Source: Abditibacteriaceae bacterium (GTDB taxonomy: Bacteria; Armatimonadota; Abditibacteriia; Abditibacteriales; Abditibacteriaceae). From it: 20,550 bases of DNA. The stretch spans positions 1 to 20,550 of the forward strand of contig JANMKN010000401.1 in NCBI GenBank assembly GCA_031372065.1, given 5' to 3'. Both the position numbers and the translations under genes were made by a program. A model generated the notes under the pieces. That model did no database searches. It was not told the origin of the DNA and saw nothing but the letters and a program-made list of their open reading frames with translations. This document shows, piece by piece, positions 1 to 7,473 of the stretch (position 1 is the stretch's first letter; every line of letters starts with the position of its first letter).

Positions 1-1
1 C

Positions 2-1162
2 ACCACTCGAAACAAACAAAGTGTCTGGATAAGCCTCAGAAAAAACATTGTTAAAAACTTTCGCGTCCAGCCCTCTTTCTGTACCTCCCATGCCGGGTTT
101 ATCACGTCCCTCACAGTATATAATTCGTTTTGGGGAAACTAATCCTGTTAAATCGTCCAGAGCCGTCTCAAAAATTCGTGTCCATTGCGCGCGATTCTTA
201 ACGGCGGGCTTAAGAATTTGTGGCTCTGACGCCCAATTGGTATTAGGCGGAAAGTAGATGAGTTGGCATTCGTCTCTTAATTCATCTTGCAGTGCTCGCA
301 AAAAGCCGATGCTGTGTGTCGCTACCCATATTTGGCAATTTGCCCCTACCAGTTTATTGATTTCTAACAGCAAATTCTTTTGAATGGATGTATTAATATG
401 TAGTTCAGGTTCATCAATCAGAAAAACAGTGTCGTCAAATTCTTCCTGTCGCAAATAAAGGTCGAGCAATATATCTACGACTTCTTTTTCACCAGAAGAT
501 AAAACATTAAATTCAAATTCTGCCGCATAGTCAGGTTTCTTGAAATACAAAGTCCCTTTTGATGCCTCAATGTTTCCTAAATTCGTTATCTGCAAATTAA
601 GGCAGTTTCCAATGGCGCGGTTTAAATCGCCAATGATTTTGATCTTGGCTTCACTGGGTTTACAATCTCGTTCTTCAAGATATGTATTGTATTTAATATT
701 CAAACGCCTATAGTTCATTTCCATTTTCTCATCTATATCGGCACAAAAACTTGCACCGTAATTATTAGCACGAATATCACCGACAGCCGTGGTCTGAGTA
801 ATCTTAAGGTTGGTGTTATAGCGATAGGGGCTACGGAATGAGAAAATGGTATTTTGTTTTCCTGCTCTTTGCTTCAAGTCATACACTTCCCTAAATTCTC
901 CTTTGTCGAACTCTACTACTAAATTGGTATAGTTGAAATCCGGCGCTTTATGCATTGAATGATAATTATAGTCTTTGCCTCCAATATTCCCAATCACATT
1001 GTATGCATTGTTGACATAGAGCATACCGTCAAAAACACTACTTTTCCCACAACCATTGGCGCCAACCAACGCAACGATTCTTTTGGGATTTTCTCCCAAA
1101 AGAATCGTTAAATCGTGAAAACGCTTATAGCCATGTTTCAACTGAATCTTCTTAATTTTCAT
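2..1162 (-). CDS. ABC-type ATPase (AAA_15/AAA_21-like) fused to a Toprim-like domain; OLD-like ATP-dependent nuclease, 3'-partial
   Basis: Translated by hand; absent from the ORF track because there is no stop in the window. ATG at 1162, 387 open codons: MKIKKIQLKHGYKRFHDLTI..., Walker A GANGCGKSS, signature LSSGEKE, Walker B/D-loop VFLIDEPELH, H-loop WVATHS, then IIYCEG (Toprim-like hydrophobic strand-EG motif). Confidence 0.85.
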   Translation of the reverse strand, partial: MKIKKIQLKHGYKRFHDLTILLGENPKRIVALVGANGCGKSSVFDGMLYVNNAYNVIGNIGGKDYNYHSMHKAPDFNYTNLVVEFDKGEFREVYDLKQRAGKQNTIFSFRSPYRYNTNLKITQTTAVGDIRANNYGASFCADIDEKMEMNYRRLNIKYNTYLEERDCKPSEAKIKIIGDLNRAIGNCLNLQITNLGNIEASKGTLYFKKPDYAAEFEFNVLSSGEKEVVDILLDLYLRQEEFDDTVFLIDEPELHINTSIQKNLLLEINKLVGANCQIWVATHSIGFLRALQDELRDECQLIYFPPNTNWASEPQILKPAVKNRAQWTRIFETALDDLTGLVSPKRIIYCEGRDKPGMGGTERGLDAKVFNNVFSEAYPDTLFVSSG

Positions 1163-1224
1163 TTTCGTGATGATTCTGTAAGAGTAGATTTTATCCTTAA
1201 CCCCTACTCTAAATCATTTCCTAA

Positions 1225-2649
1225 TCAATTCACATTCGGCAAACCGAGAAAGTCGCGGGCGTTGGTGTAACAGATGTTTTTCACCATCGCGCCGACGAGT
1301 TCGTAATCGTCGGGCAGTTCGCCGTTTTCCATGTCGCGTCCGATGAGATTACACAGCACGCGGCGGAAATATTCGTGGCGGGTGAACGAGAGGAACGAGC
1401 GCGAATCGGTCAGCATTCCGATGAAACGCGAAAGCAAACCGTTATTGGAAAGCGCGTTGATTTGCCATTCCATCGCTTCTTTTTGGTCGAGGAACCACCA
1501 GCCGGAGCCGAACTGAATTTTGCCGGGAATCGTGCCGTCTTGAAAGTTGCCGATCATCGTGGCAAAGACGTAATTGTCCGCCGGATTGAGGTTATACAAC
1601 ACGATTTTCGGCAGGGCGTTTTCCTGCGCTAATTTATCAAGATAGGCGGTTAAAGTTTCGGCCTGTCGCCAATCGCCGATGGAATCGAAACCGGTGTCCG
1701 GCCCCAATTCGCGCAAGGCTTTGGAATTGTTGCTGCGTTGCGCGCCGATGTGCATTTGCTTTGTCCAGCCGCGTTTGGCATCGAGTTGTCCTAAAAACAG
1801 CATCAAATAGGCGGCAAAACGCGCGTGTTCTTCGGTTGTGGCGGCTTGGCCGTCAAAGGCACGCGCAAAAATCTGTTTCGCTTCGCTTTCGGTCGGGAAA
1901 TCGGCGTAGCAATAAGATAAACCATGATCGGAAAGGCGCGCGCCAAATTCGTGAAAGTCATCGTGGCGCTTTTGCAAAGCGTCGAGCATATCGCCGAGGT
2001 TGGAAATTTCTACGTTGCTGCTTAGTGTCAACTTTTGCAGCCACGGTTTTAAAACATCGGGTTGATGCACGGCAAAGGCTTTGTCGGGCCGAAAGGTCGG
2101 ATAAACGCGCGTGGCAAACCCAGATTCAGCAATGCTTTTGTGGTCGTCGAATGGTTCTGCGGGGTCGTCGGTGGTGCAAAGGGCGCGCACTTTGAAATGC
2201 GTCAAAATGCCCTGCGTTGTCATGTCCGGCGCTTGCAGGCGCTCGTTGGCCCGTTCCCAAATGGCGGGCGCAGTTTTTTCGTCCAGCAGTTCATCAATGC
2301 CGAAATAGCGCTTCAATTCCAAATGCGTCCAGTGATAAAGCGGGTTGCGCAGCGTGGCGGGGACGGTTTTGGCCCACGCCATGAACTTTTCATAGGGCGC
2401 GGCGTTGCCGGTGACAAGGTTTTCACTCATGCCGTTGGCCCGCAGGGCGCGCCATTTATAATGGTCGCCTTCGAGCCAGATTTCAAACAAGTTTGCGAAC
2501 TGGCGATTGCGCGCGATGTCGCCCGGCGGCAAGTGATTGTGATAATCGAGAATCGGCTGCTCTTCGGCAAATTCGTGATACAAGCGCCGCGCCGCTTTTG
2601 TTTGCAGCAAAAAATCGTCGTGAATAAAACTCATGAAAACCGCTTTCAT
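1225..2649 (-). CDS. uxaC: Glucuronate (uronate) isomerase
   Basis: DYHNHL metal motif, GDHYKWR, NPLYHWTHLELKRYFG, CTTDDP, GSGWWF and GMLTDSRSFLSFTRHEYFRR. Start is either 2649 (ATGA overlap with the MFS stop) or 2634 (MSFIHDDFLL). Confidence 0.97.
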   Translation of the reverse strand: MKAVFMSFIHDDFLLQTKAARRLYHEFAEEQPILDYHNHLPPGDIARNRQFANLFEIWLEGDHYKWRALRANGMSENLVTGNAAPYEKFMAWAKTVPATLRNPLYHWTHLELKRYFGIDELLDEKTAPAIWERANERLQAPDMTTQGILTHFKVRALCTTDDPAEPFDDHKSIAESGFATRVYPTFRPDKAFAVHQPDVLKPWLQKLTLSSNVEISNLGDMLDALQKRHDDFHEFGARLSDHGLSYCYADFPTESEAKQIFARAFDGQAATTEEHARFAAYLMLFLGQLDAKRGWTKQMHIGAQRSNNSKALRELGPDTGFDSIGDWRQAETLTAYLDKLAQENALPKIVLYNLNPADNYVFATMIGNFQDGTIPGKIQFGSGWWFLDQKEAMEWQINALSNNGLLSRFIGMLTDSRSFLSFTRHEYFRRVLCNLIGRDMENGELPDDYELVGAMVKNICYTNARDFLGLPNVN

Positions 2650-3836
2650 TCAATGGAATCTGCAACGCAGTATAATGGTTGATTCTTGGGCGCGCTCCAT
2701 TTTAAGAAACCCCATTGCAATGCAATCAACAACAAAATCACGGCCATGCAAGCCGGAAAATACGCTGTCGGCTCACGAAAATAACGCATACTCGATTCGC
2801 TCACTAACATTCCGAGAATCGTTCCCACGCCCACCATTGCTTCGTTGATACCAACAGTGCGCGAACTGCGCAAATCGTTGCTGACGTAATACACGCACGA
2901 GAAGAACATGAATCCAAACAGCACACCCAAAACCAAAAGCATTGCTGCGGAAACCCACAACGACGGCACCTGCCACAAGGCTGCTAACGCCAACACCACG
3001 ATCAACTGCACCGCCACCACCGGCTCTGGGCGATACAACAAATGCCGCGCCTTGTGGCACGCGTAACCACTGACCGCCTGCGCGCTGAACATCAAAAATA
3101 AAAGGCAGCCCGCCACCCACGGCGGGCTGTGATTCTCCGCATAAAACTTGGGAATAAAGGTCGTCAGCGGACGCTGGCTCAGATTCGCGCTCAGGCAAAG
3201 CATCCAGCCAATCATGACATAGCGGCTGTCCACCGCACGCAGGCGCGCGGTTATCAATTCTTGGTCAATATCCTCAATCGCGGCATCGGATGAATCGTGC
3301 CTTGCATCGCGAGGTTTATGCGTGATGCCCAGAAGAAGAATCAGTCCACACGCCAAAACGGTGAAGACAGCCAAGGCCAAAGGGCCACCAAAATCTTTTA
3401 GAAATCCGCCCGATAAAACACCACAAGCCACACCCGCGCTCCACGCGATGGTATAACGCGCAATCGCTAAAGTTAACGAACCGGACGGCGCTTCTCCGCG
3501 CATAAAAGTCTGAAAACTATTGAAAGCCGAGGCCGTTACAATGCCAAAAACTGAAAACAGGGCTAAAGTCGGCCCAAAGGTGCGCGTGAAAAAGAGCGGC
3601 ACGGCAAGCAGCATCAGCGCTACAATAGACGACAGAAAAATTCGCCGGGCATTACCGCGATGCAATAGGCGCCCGATTGTCAAACAAGCCACCAGATAAA
3701 CGCTGCTGTAACTGACCATGAACAGGGCCGCCTGCTGGTTGCTGAGATGCATTTCGCGGCCTGCCGCATCGGCGAGGCGCAGCATCACTAAAAATAAAAC
3801 CAAATCAATCAAAAACGGGAACAAGTAAATTTTCAT
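2646..3836 (-). CDS. Major facilitator superfamily transporter
   Basis: About 12 hydrophobic segments in two halves separated by a polar loop (KPRDARHDSSDAAIED). Start set at ATG 3836 (MKIYLFPF) because the longer ORF to 4034 overlaps the divergent SGNH gene. Confidence 0.8.
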   Translation of the reverse strand: MKIYLFPFLIDLVLFLVMLRLADAAGREMHLSNQQAALFMVSYSSVYLVACLTIGRLLHRGNARRIFLSSIVALMLLAVPLFFTRTFGPTLALFSVFGIVTASAFNSFQTFMRGEAPSGSLTLAIARYTIAWSAGVACGVLSGGFLKDFGGPLALAVFTVLACGLILLLGITHKPRDARHDSSDAAIEDIDQELITARLRAVDSRYVMIGWMLCLSANLSQRPLTTFIPKFYAENHSPPWVAGCLLFLMFSAQAVSGYACHKARHLLYRPEPVVAVQLIVVLALAALWQVPSLWVSAAMLLVLGVLFGFMFFSCVYYVSNDLRSSRTVGINEAMVGVGTILGMLVSESSMRYFREPTAYFPACMAVILLLIALQWGFLKWSAPKNQPLYCVADSIE

Positions 3837-3863
3837 CAGGAGCAAAAGCCAAATCGCTGGGAG

Positions 3864-3869
3864 TATAAT
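3864..3869 (+). promoter_or_regulatory. Possible sigma70 -10 box for the plus-strand cluster
   Basis: Perfect TATAAT in the 79-bp divergent intergenic region, 46 nt upstream of ATG 3916. No recognisable -35 element. Confidence 0.4.
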
Positions 3870-3915
3870 GAATAGCGCCAGCCAAAGAACCCGCGAATGA
3901 ATTCGCAGGCAAATT

Positions 3916-4605
3916 ATGAAACCTTTTATTCTTTTCCTTTTCGCCGCGCTGTTTTCGCTTGTCCCGGCGTGCCACGCCGCTGAAAAAGCGCCCGACAAAC
4001 CCATAAAATTGGCTTTCATCGGCGCCAGCATCACGGCGGGTTATGGCACGCAAAATCACGAGCGCGATTCGTATCCGGCGCAATTGGCGCGAATGCTGGG
4101 CGAGGCTTGGCAGATACGCAATTTCGGCGTCAGCGCCACGACGCTGATTCACAGCGGCGACGTGCCTTATATTGGCACCGCGTCTTATAAAAACGCGCTG
4201 GATTACGCGCCCGATGTTTTGGTGATTGACCTTGGCGGCAACGATAGCAAGCCGCAAAATTACGAAGCGCACCCGCAAGACTTTGTGCGCGATTACAAAG
4301 CGATGGTCGAAGCGTTTCGCAAAGCCAATACGCAGGTTAAAATTTACGCTGCCCTGCCCGTCCCGGCTTTCCCTGAAAACTTCGGCATCCGCGACCAAAT
4401 TATCGTCGAAAAAATCATTCCCGCCATCCAGCAAGCCGCCAAAGAAGCAAATCTTTCTGTCATAGATTTGCACACGCCGATGCTGGGTCGCGCAGGGGAT
4501 TTCGCCGACAAAGTCCATCCCAACGAAGCGGGCACGAAAACTTTAGCTGAAACGATTTACGAAGTTTTCAAGAAAGATTTTCCGGCCACGATGGTGGAGA
4601 AATAA
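3916..4605 (+). CDS. Secreted SGNH/GDSL hydrolase (carbohydrate acetylesterase-like)
   Basis: Signal peptide; block I FIGASITAG (nucleophile Ser), block II NFGVSA, block III LGGNDS, block V DKVHPN. Confidence 0.9.
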   Translation: MKPFILFLFAALFSLVPACHAAEKAPDKPIKLAFIGASITAGYGTQNHERDSYPAQLARMLGEAWQIRNFGVSATTLIHSGDVPYIGTASYKNALDYAPDVLVIDLGGNDSKPQNYEAHPQDFVRDYKAMVEAFRKANTQVKIYAALPVPAFPENFGIRDQIIVEKIIPAIQQAAKEANLSVIDLHTPMLGRAGDFADKVHPNEAGTKTLAETIYEVFKKDFPATMVEK

Positions 4606-4619
4606 ATGTTGTCCTGTTG

Positions 4620-4684
4620 TTTTTAACGAAAAGACGGTTTTCAAAAATTCCCGTCTTTCCGCCTTCCCGTCTTTCCGTTAAAAA
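4620..4684. repeat. Intergenic palindromic element with internal direct repeat
   Basis: TTTTTAACGAAAAGACGG (4620-4637) matches the reverse complement of CCGTCTTTCCGTTAAAAA (4667-4684) at 17/18 positions. TTCCCGTCTTTCCG occurs at 4648-4661 and 4664-4677. Confidence 0.85.
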
Positions 4685-4706
4685 ATCCCTAAAATCACCA
4701 GATTCA

Positions 4707-5453
4707 ATGCAAAAACTTTTTGAAGATTATCAATTTGGGCCAGAGGAAAAAGCGCAATTAGACCGCGACGGGCATTTTTGCCTGCCCACCATTCTCACTT
4801 TAGCAGCGCGCGAAAATTTGATTGCATCATTAGCACGCGTTCTGGAAATGCCCGATTCCGAAGAATTCCATCCGAATCACTACGCGGCAGAACTTGACGA
4901 TTACTTGGCGTCCCTGATTGCGCATCCTCAAATGTTGGAATTGGCGCGCAAAGTTTTGGGCGAAGAAATTCGCTACGATCATTGCGTTGATCTCAGCCGC
5001 AAAGGTGGCTTTGGAGGTCAGCCGTGGCACAGTCACAGTTATGCCGAAGTTCAACCGGAACTGGGTTTCCTACGCATTTTCTTTTATGTCAACGGCTTCC
5101 AAAAAGGTGATGGCGCTTTAAAAGTCGTGCCGGGCAGCCACGTTTTTCGTGATGCCGACATCAAAGCCCAAACTGACGCCGATTTGCAAATTGGTTGGCT
5201 GCGCGATAAAAAACATCGCGCCACTAATGAGCCGCTGCACATCGAAGAATTGGAAGTGCCACCCGGCAGCGTGATTTTGATGTGGACGCACGCGGCGCAC
5301 GCTGTCAGCCCGCGCCGCGAAAACAGCGACACACGCTGGACGGTGGTTTATGCTTACCGCAATCCCGGCGCGCCCTCTCATGCGCGTTGGATAAGCGAAG
5401 CGTTTGAAAAAAGTCCGCCGCAAGGCGCCGAGCCGTTGATGAGTTTGTATTGA
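4707..5453 (+). CDS. Phytanoyl-CoA dioxygenase (PhyH) family Fe(II)/2-oxoglutarate dioxygenase
   Basis: LDRDGHFCLP N-terminal motif, QPWH, GALKVVPGSH, VPPGSVILM...H and a downstream Arg (DTRW). ATG 4707 is preferred over TTG 4617, which reads through the repeat element. Confidence 0.85.
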   Translation: MQKLFEDYQFGPEEKAQLDRDGHFCLPTILTLAARENLIASLARVLEMPDSEEFHPNHYAAELDDYLASLIAHPQMLELARKVLGEEIRYDHCVDLSRKGGFGGQPWHSHSYAEVQPELGFLRIFFYVNGFQKGDGALKVVPGSHVFRDADIKAQTDADLQIGWLRDKKHRATNEPLHIEELEVPPGSVILMWTHAAHAVSPRRENSDTRWTVVYAYRNPGAPSHARWISEAFEKSPPQGAEPLMSLY

Positions 5454-5463
5454 AAGGAACCCC

Positions 5464-6489
5464 ATGAAAGCACTGGTTTACACCGCGTTAAAAACGCTAA
5501 AAATGCAGGAAATGGCCGCGCCGACAGCAGGCGAAGGCGAAGTATTAGTGCGCGTGCGTGCGACAGGCATTTGCGGCTCGGATGTGCATGGTTTTTTGGG
5601 ACTGCAAAAGCGCCGTCAACCGGGCCTTGTTCTGGGCCATGAAACAATGGGCGAAGTGCAGGAAGTCGGCAAAGGCGTGGATGAATCGCTGATTGGCAAG
5701 CGCGTTTCGGTTAATCCGATGCTGGCCTGCCACCAATGCCGCGCGTGCAGCGAAGGTCGCCACAATGTTTGCGCGAATTGGGAACTGATCGGCATGGATC
5801 GAAAAAACGGTGCGTTTGCCGAATGGGTCGCGGTTCCGGTTCGCAATGTTCACGTTTTGCCCGATCATGTCAGCGACAGCGCCGCTGTGATGATTGAACC
5901 GCTCGCCAATGCTTTTCATTTGGTGAATCACATTCCCGCGCACGCCGGGCTTTTGCCGACAGCGGTCATTTTTGGCTGCGGCACTTTAGGCGCGGCGATT
6001 TTAGCTGTCGCCAAAGCGCGCGGAGTGCAAATCATCGCGCAAATAGAACCGAATCCGCAACGCGCCGAGGCCGCCAAGCAACTCGGCGCGCCCTTAGTGT
6101 TAAATCCACGCGAAGTGGATGTCGTCGCGAAAATTATGACGCTAACCGAGGGACGAGGCGTGGATGTGGCAATGGACGCCGTTGGCTTGCAAGTCACGCG
6201 CGATGCTTGTGCGCACGGCGTCACGCGCGGTGGCACGGCGCTGCTTTTGGGTTTGGATGAAGACAAAACAACTTTCGATTTCAGTTTGATTTTGCGCCGC
6301 GAAGTGCGCTTGCAATGCTCATATTGCTACGCCGAACGCGACTTTGCTGCCGCTTTTAATTTCGTGTGCAGCGGCGCGGCAGACTTTTCAAAATGGACAG
6401 ATGTTTTGCCGCTCGAACAAGGCCAAAGCGCGTTTGAACGCTTGATTCATAATCCCGAAGACCGCCTTAAAATCGTTTTGCAACCATGA
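5464..6489 (+). CDS. Zn-dependent medium-chain dehydrogenase (sugar-acid/polyol dehydrogenase-like)
   Basis: GICGSD, GHE, structural Zn cysteines CHQCRAC...C and Rossmann GCGTLG followed by an acidic residue (IEPN). AAGGA RBS upstream. Confidence 0.92.
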   Translation: MKALVYTALKTLKMQEMAAPTAGEGEVLVRVRATGICGSDVHGFLGLQKRRQPGLVLGHETMGEVQEVGKGVDESLIGKRVSVNPMLACHQCRACSEGRHNVCANWELIGMDRKNGAFAEWVAVPVRNVHVLPDHVSDSAAVMIEPLANAFHLVNHIPAHAGLLPTAVIFGCGTLGAAILAVAKARGVQIIAQIEPNPQRAEAAKQLGAPLVLNPREVDVVAKIMTLTEGRGVDVAMDAVGLQVTRDACAHGVTRGGTALLLGLDEDKTTFDFSLILRREVRLQCSYCYAERDFAAAFNFVCSGAADFSKWTDVLPLEQGQSAFERLIHNPEDRLKIVLQP

Positions 6490-7451
6490 AATTTACTTTG
6501 CTGATGTTTTTGTGCCTCATGGCATCGCTGTTTTCGAAGGCAACGGCTCAAACACCCAAAATTGTCGCTTATGTGCCCAATTGGATTGATTTAAAGTCGT
6601 TTGCAGGCACCATTGATTACGCGAAAATTACGCACATCAATATCGCTTTCGAAAACCCGACCAACGATAGCGGCGATTTGTCGTTCAACAAGCAAAACCA
6701 AGCACTGATTGCCAAAGCGCATGAACACAAAGTGCAAGTTTTGGTTTCTATCGGCGGCGGCTCGGCATCGGGCGATAAAGAATTGAAGCAGCGTTATTTC
6801 GACTTAATGGGCGTCCAAAAACGCGCCGCTTTTGCGGCGAAATTAGCCGCTTATGTAGTCGAACACAATTTCGATGGTCTGGATGTGGACATAGAAGGCC
6901 CCTCCATCAACAAAGACTATGGCGCGTTCGTTGAGGAACTGTCCAAAGCAGTGAAAGCGCGTGAAAAACTGCTAACAGCGGCGCTTTCGCAAGGTTATGG
7001 CGGCAATAAAGTGCCCGATTCGGTTTTTGAAAAATTTGATTTAGTCAACATCATGGCTTATGATGGCGCAGGCCCCTGGGATAAAAACGCGCCCGGCCAG
7101 CATTCTTCGCTGGAATTCGCCAAAAGCAACGTGGATTATTGGCTGAAACGCGGTTTGCCGAAAGAAAAAGCCGTTTTGGGCGTGCCGTTTTATGGTTATG
7201 GTTTTGGCGACGCGTTTCGCAATCGGGATTATTCGTATGCCGAAATCGTCAATGCTTTCCCCGGCGCGGAGACTGGCGATGAAGCAGGCAACCGCATCTG
7301 GTTCAACGGCATTCCGACGATTAAAGCCAAAGCGCAATTCGTGAAAGAGGAAGGCTTGGCTGGAATTATGATTTGGTCGCTGGATTATGATGTGCCCGGC
7401 GAGAAATCGCTACTCTCAGCCATTTACGAGACGCTGAACGCCAAGAATTAA
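6486..7451 (+). CDS. Secreted glycoside hydrolase family 18 (chitinase-like)
   Basis: Signal peptide, SIGG, complete DxxDxDxE-type catalytic motif FDGLDVDIE, NIMAYD, GVPFYG and GIMIWSLDYD. ATGA overlap with the dehydrogenase stop. Confidence 0.93.
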   Translation: MKFTLLMFLCLMASLFSKATAQTPKIVAYVPNWIDLKSFAGTIDYAKITHINIAFENPTNDSGDLSFNKQNQALIAKAHEHKVQVLVSIGGGSASGDKELKQRYFDLMGVQKRAAFAAKLAAYVVEHNFDGLDVDIEGPSINKDYGAFVEELSKAVKAREKLLTAALSQGYGGNKVPDSVFEKFDLVNIMAYDGAGPWDKNAPGQHSSLEFAKSNVDYWLKRGLPKEKAVLGVPFYGYGFGDAFRNRDYSYAEIVNAFPGAETGDEAGNRIWFNGIPTIKAKAQFVKEEGLAGIMIWSLDYDVPGEKSLLSAIYETLNAKN

Positions 7452-7473
7452 CCGCCGATAATAAACGCGGCGC

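Noticed and set aside
48..257. 69-aa plus-strand ORF
   Set aside because: Antisense to the motif-rich ATPase-Toprim ORF and has no recognisable features.
1170..1217. Inverted repeat AGAGTAG/CTACTCT at the GC-content junction as an element end or terminator
   Set aside because: Only 7 bp with a 16-nt loop in AT-rich sequence; no U-tract or matching second end is visible.
3837..4034. N-terminal extension of the MFS ORF, and the 237-aa minus-strand ORF 3805-4518
   Set aside because: Both overlap the well-supported SGNH gene on the opposite strand and cover the divergent promoter region.
4617..4706. 30-aa N-terminal extension of the PhyH ORF
   Set aside because: It is a translation of the intergenic repeat; the family-like sequence begins at ATG 4707.
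7452..7473. Bidirectional terminator between the convergent GH18 and CE4 genes
   Set aside because: Only a 5-bp stem (CGCCG/CGGCG) with a 10-nt loop and no flanking U-tracts.
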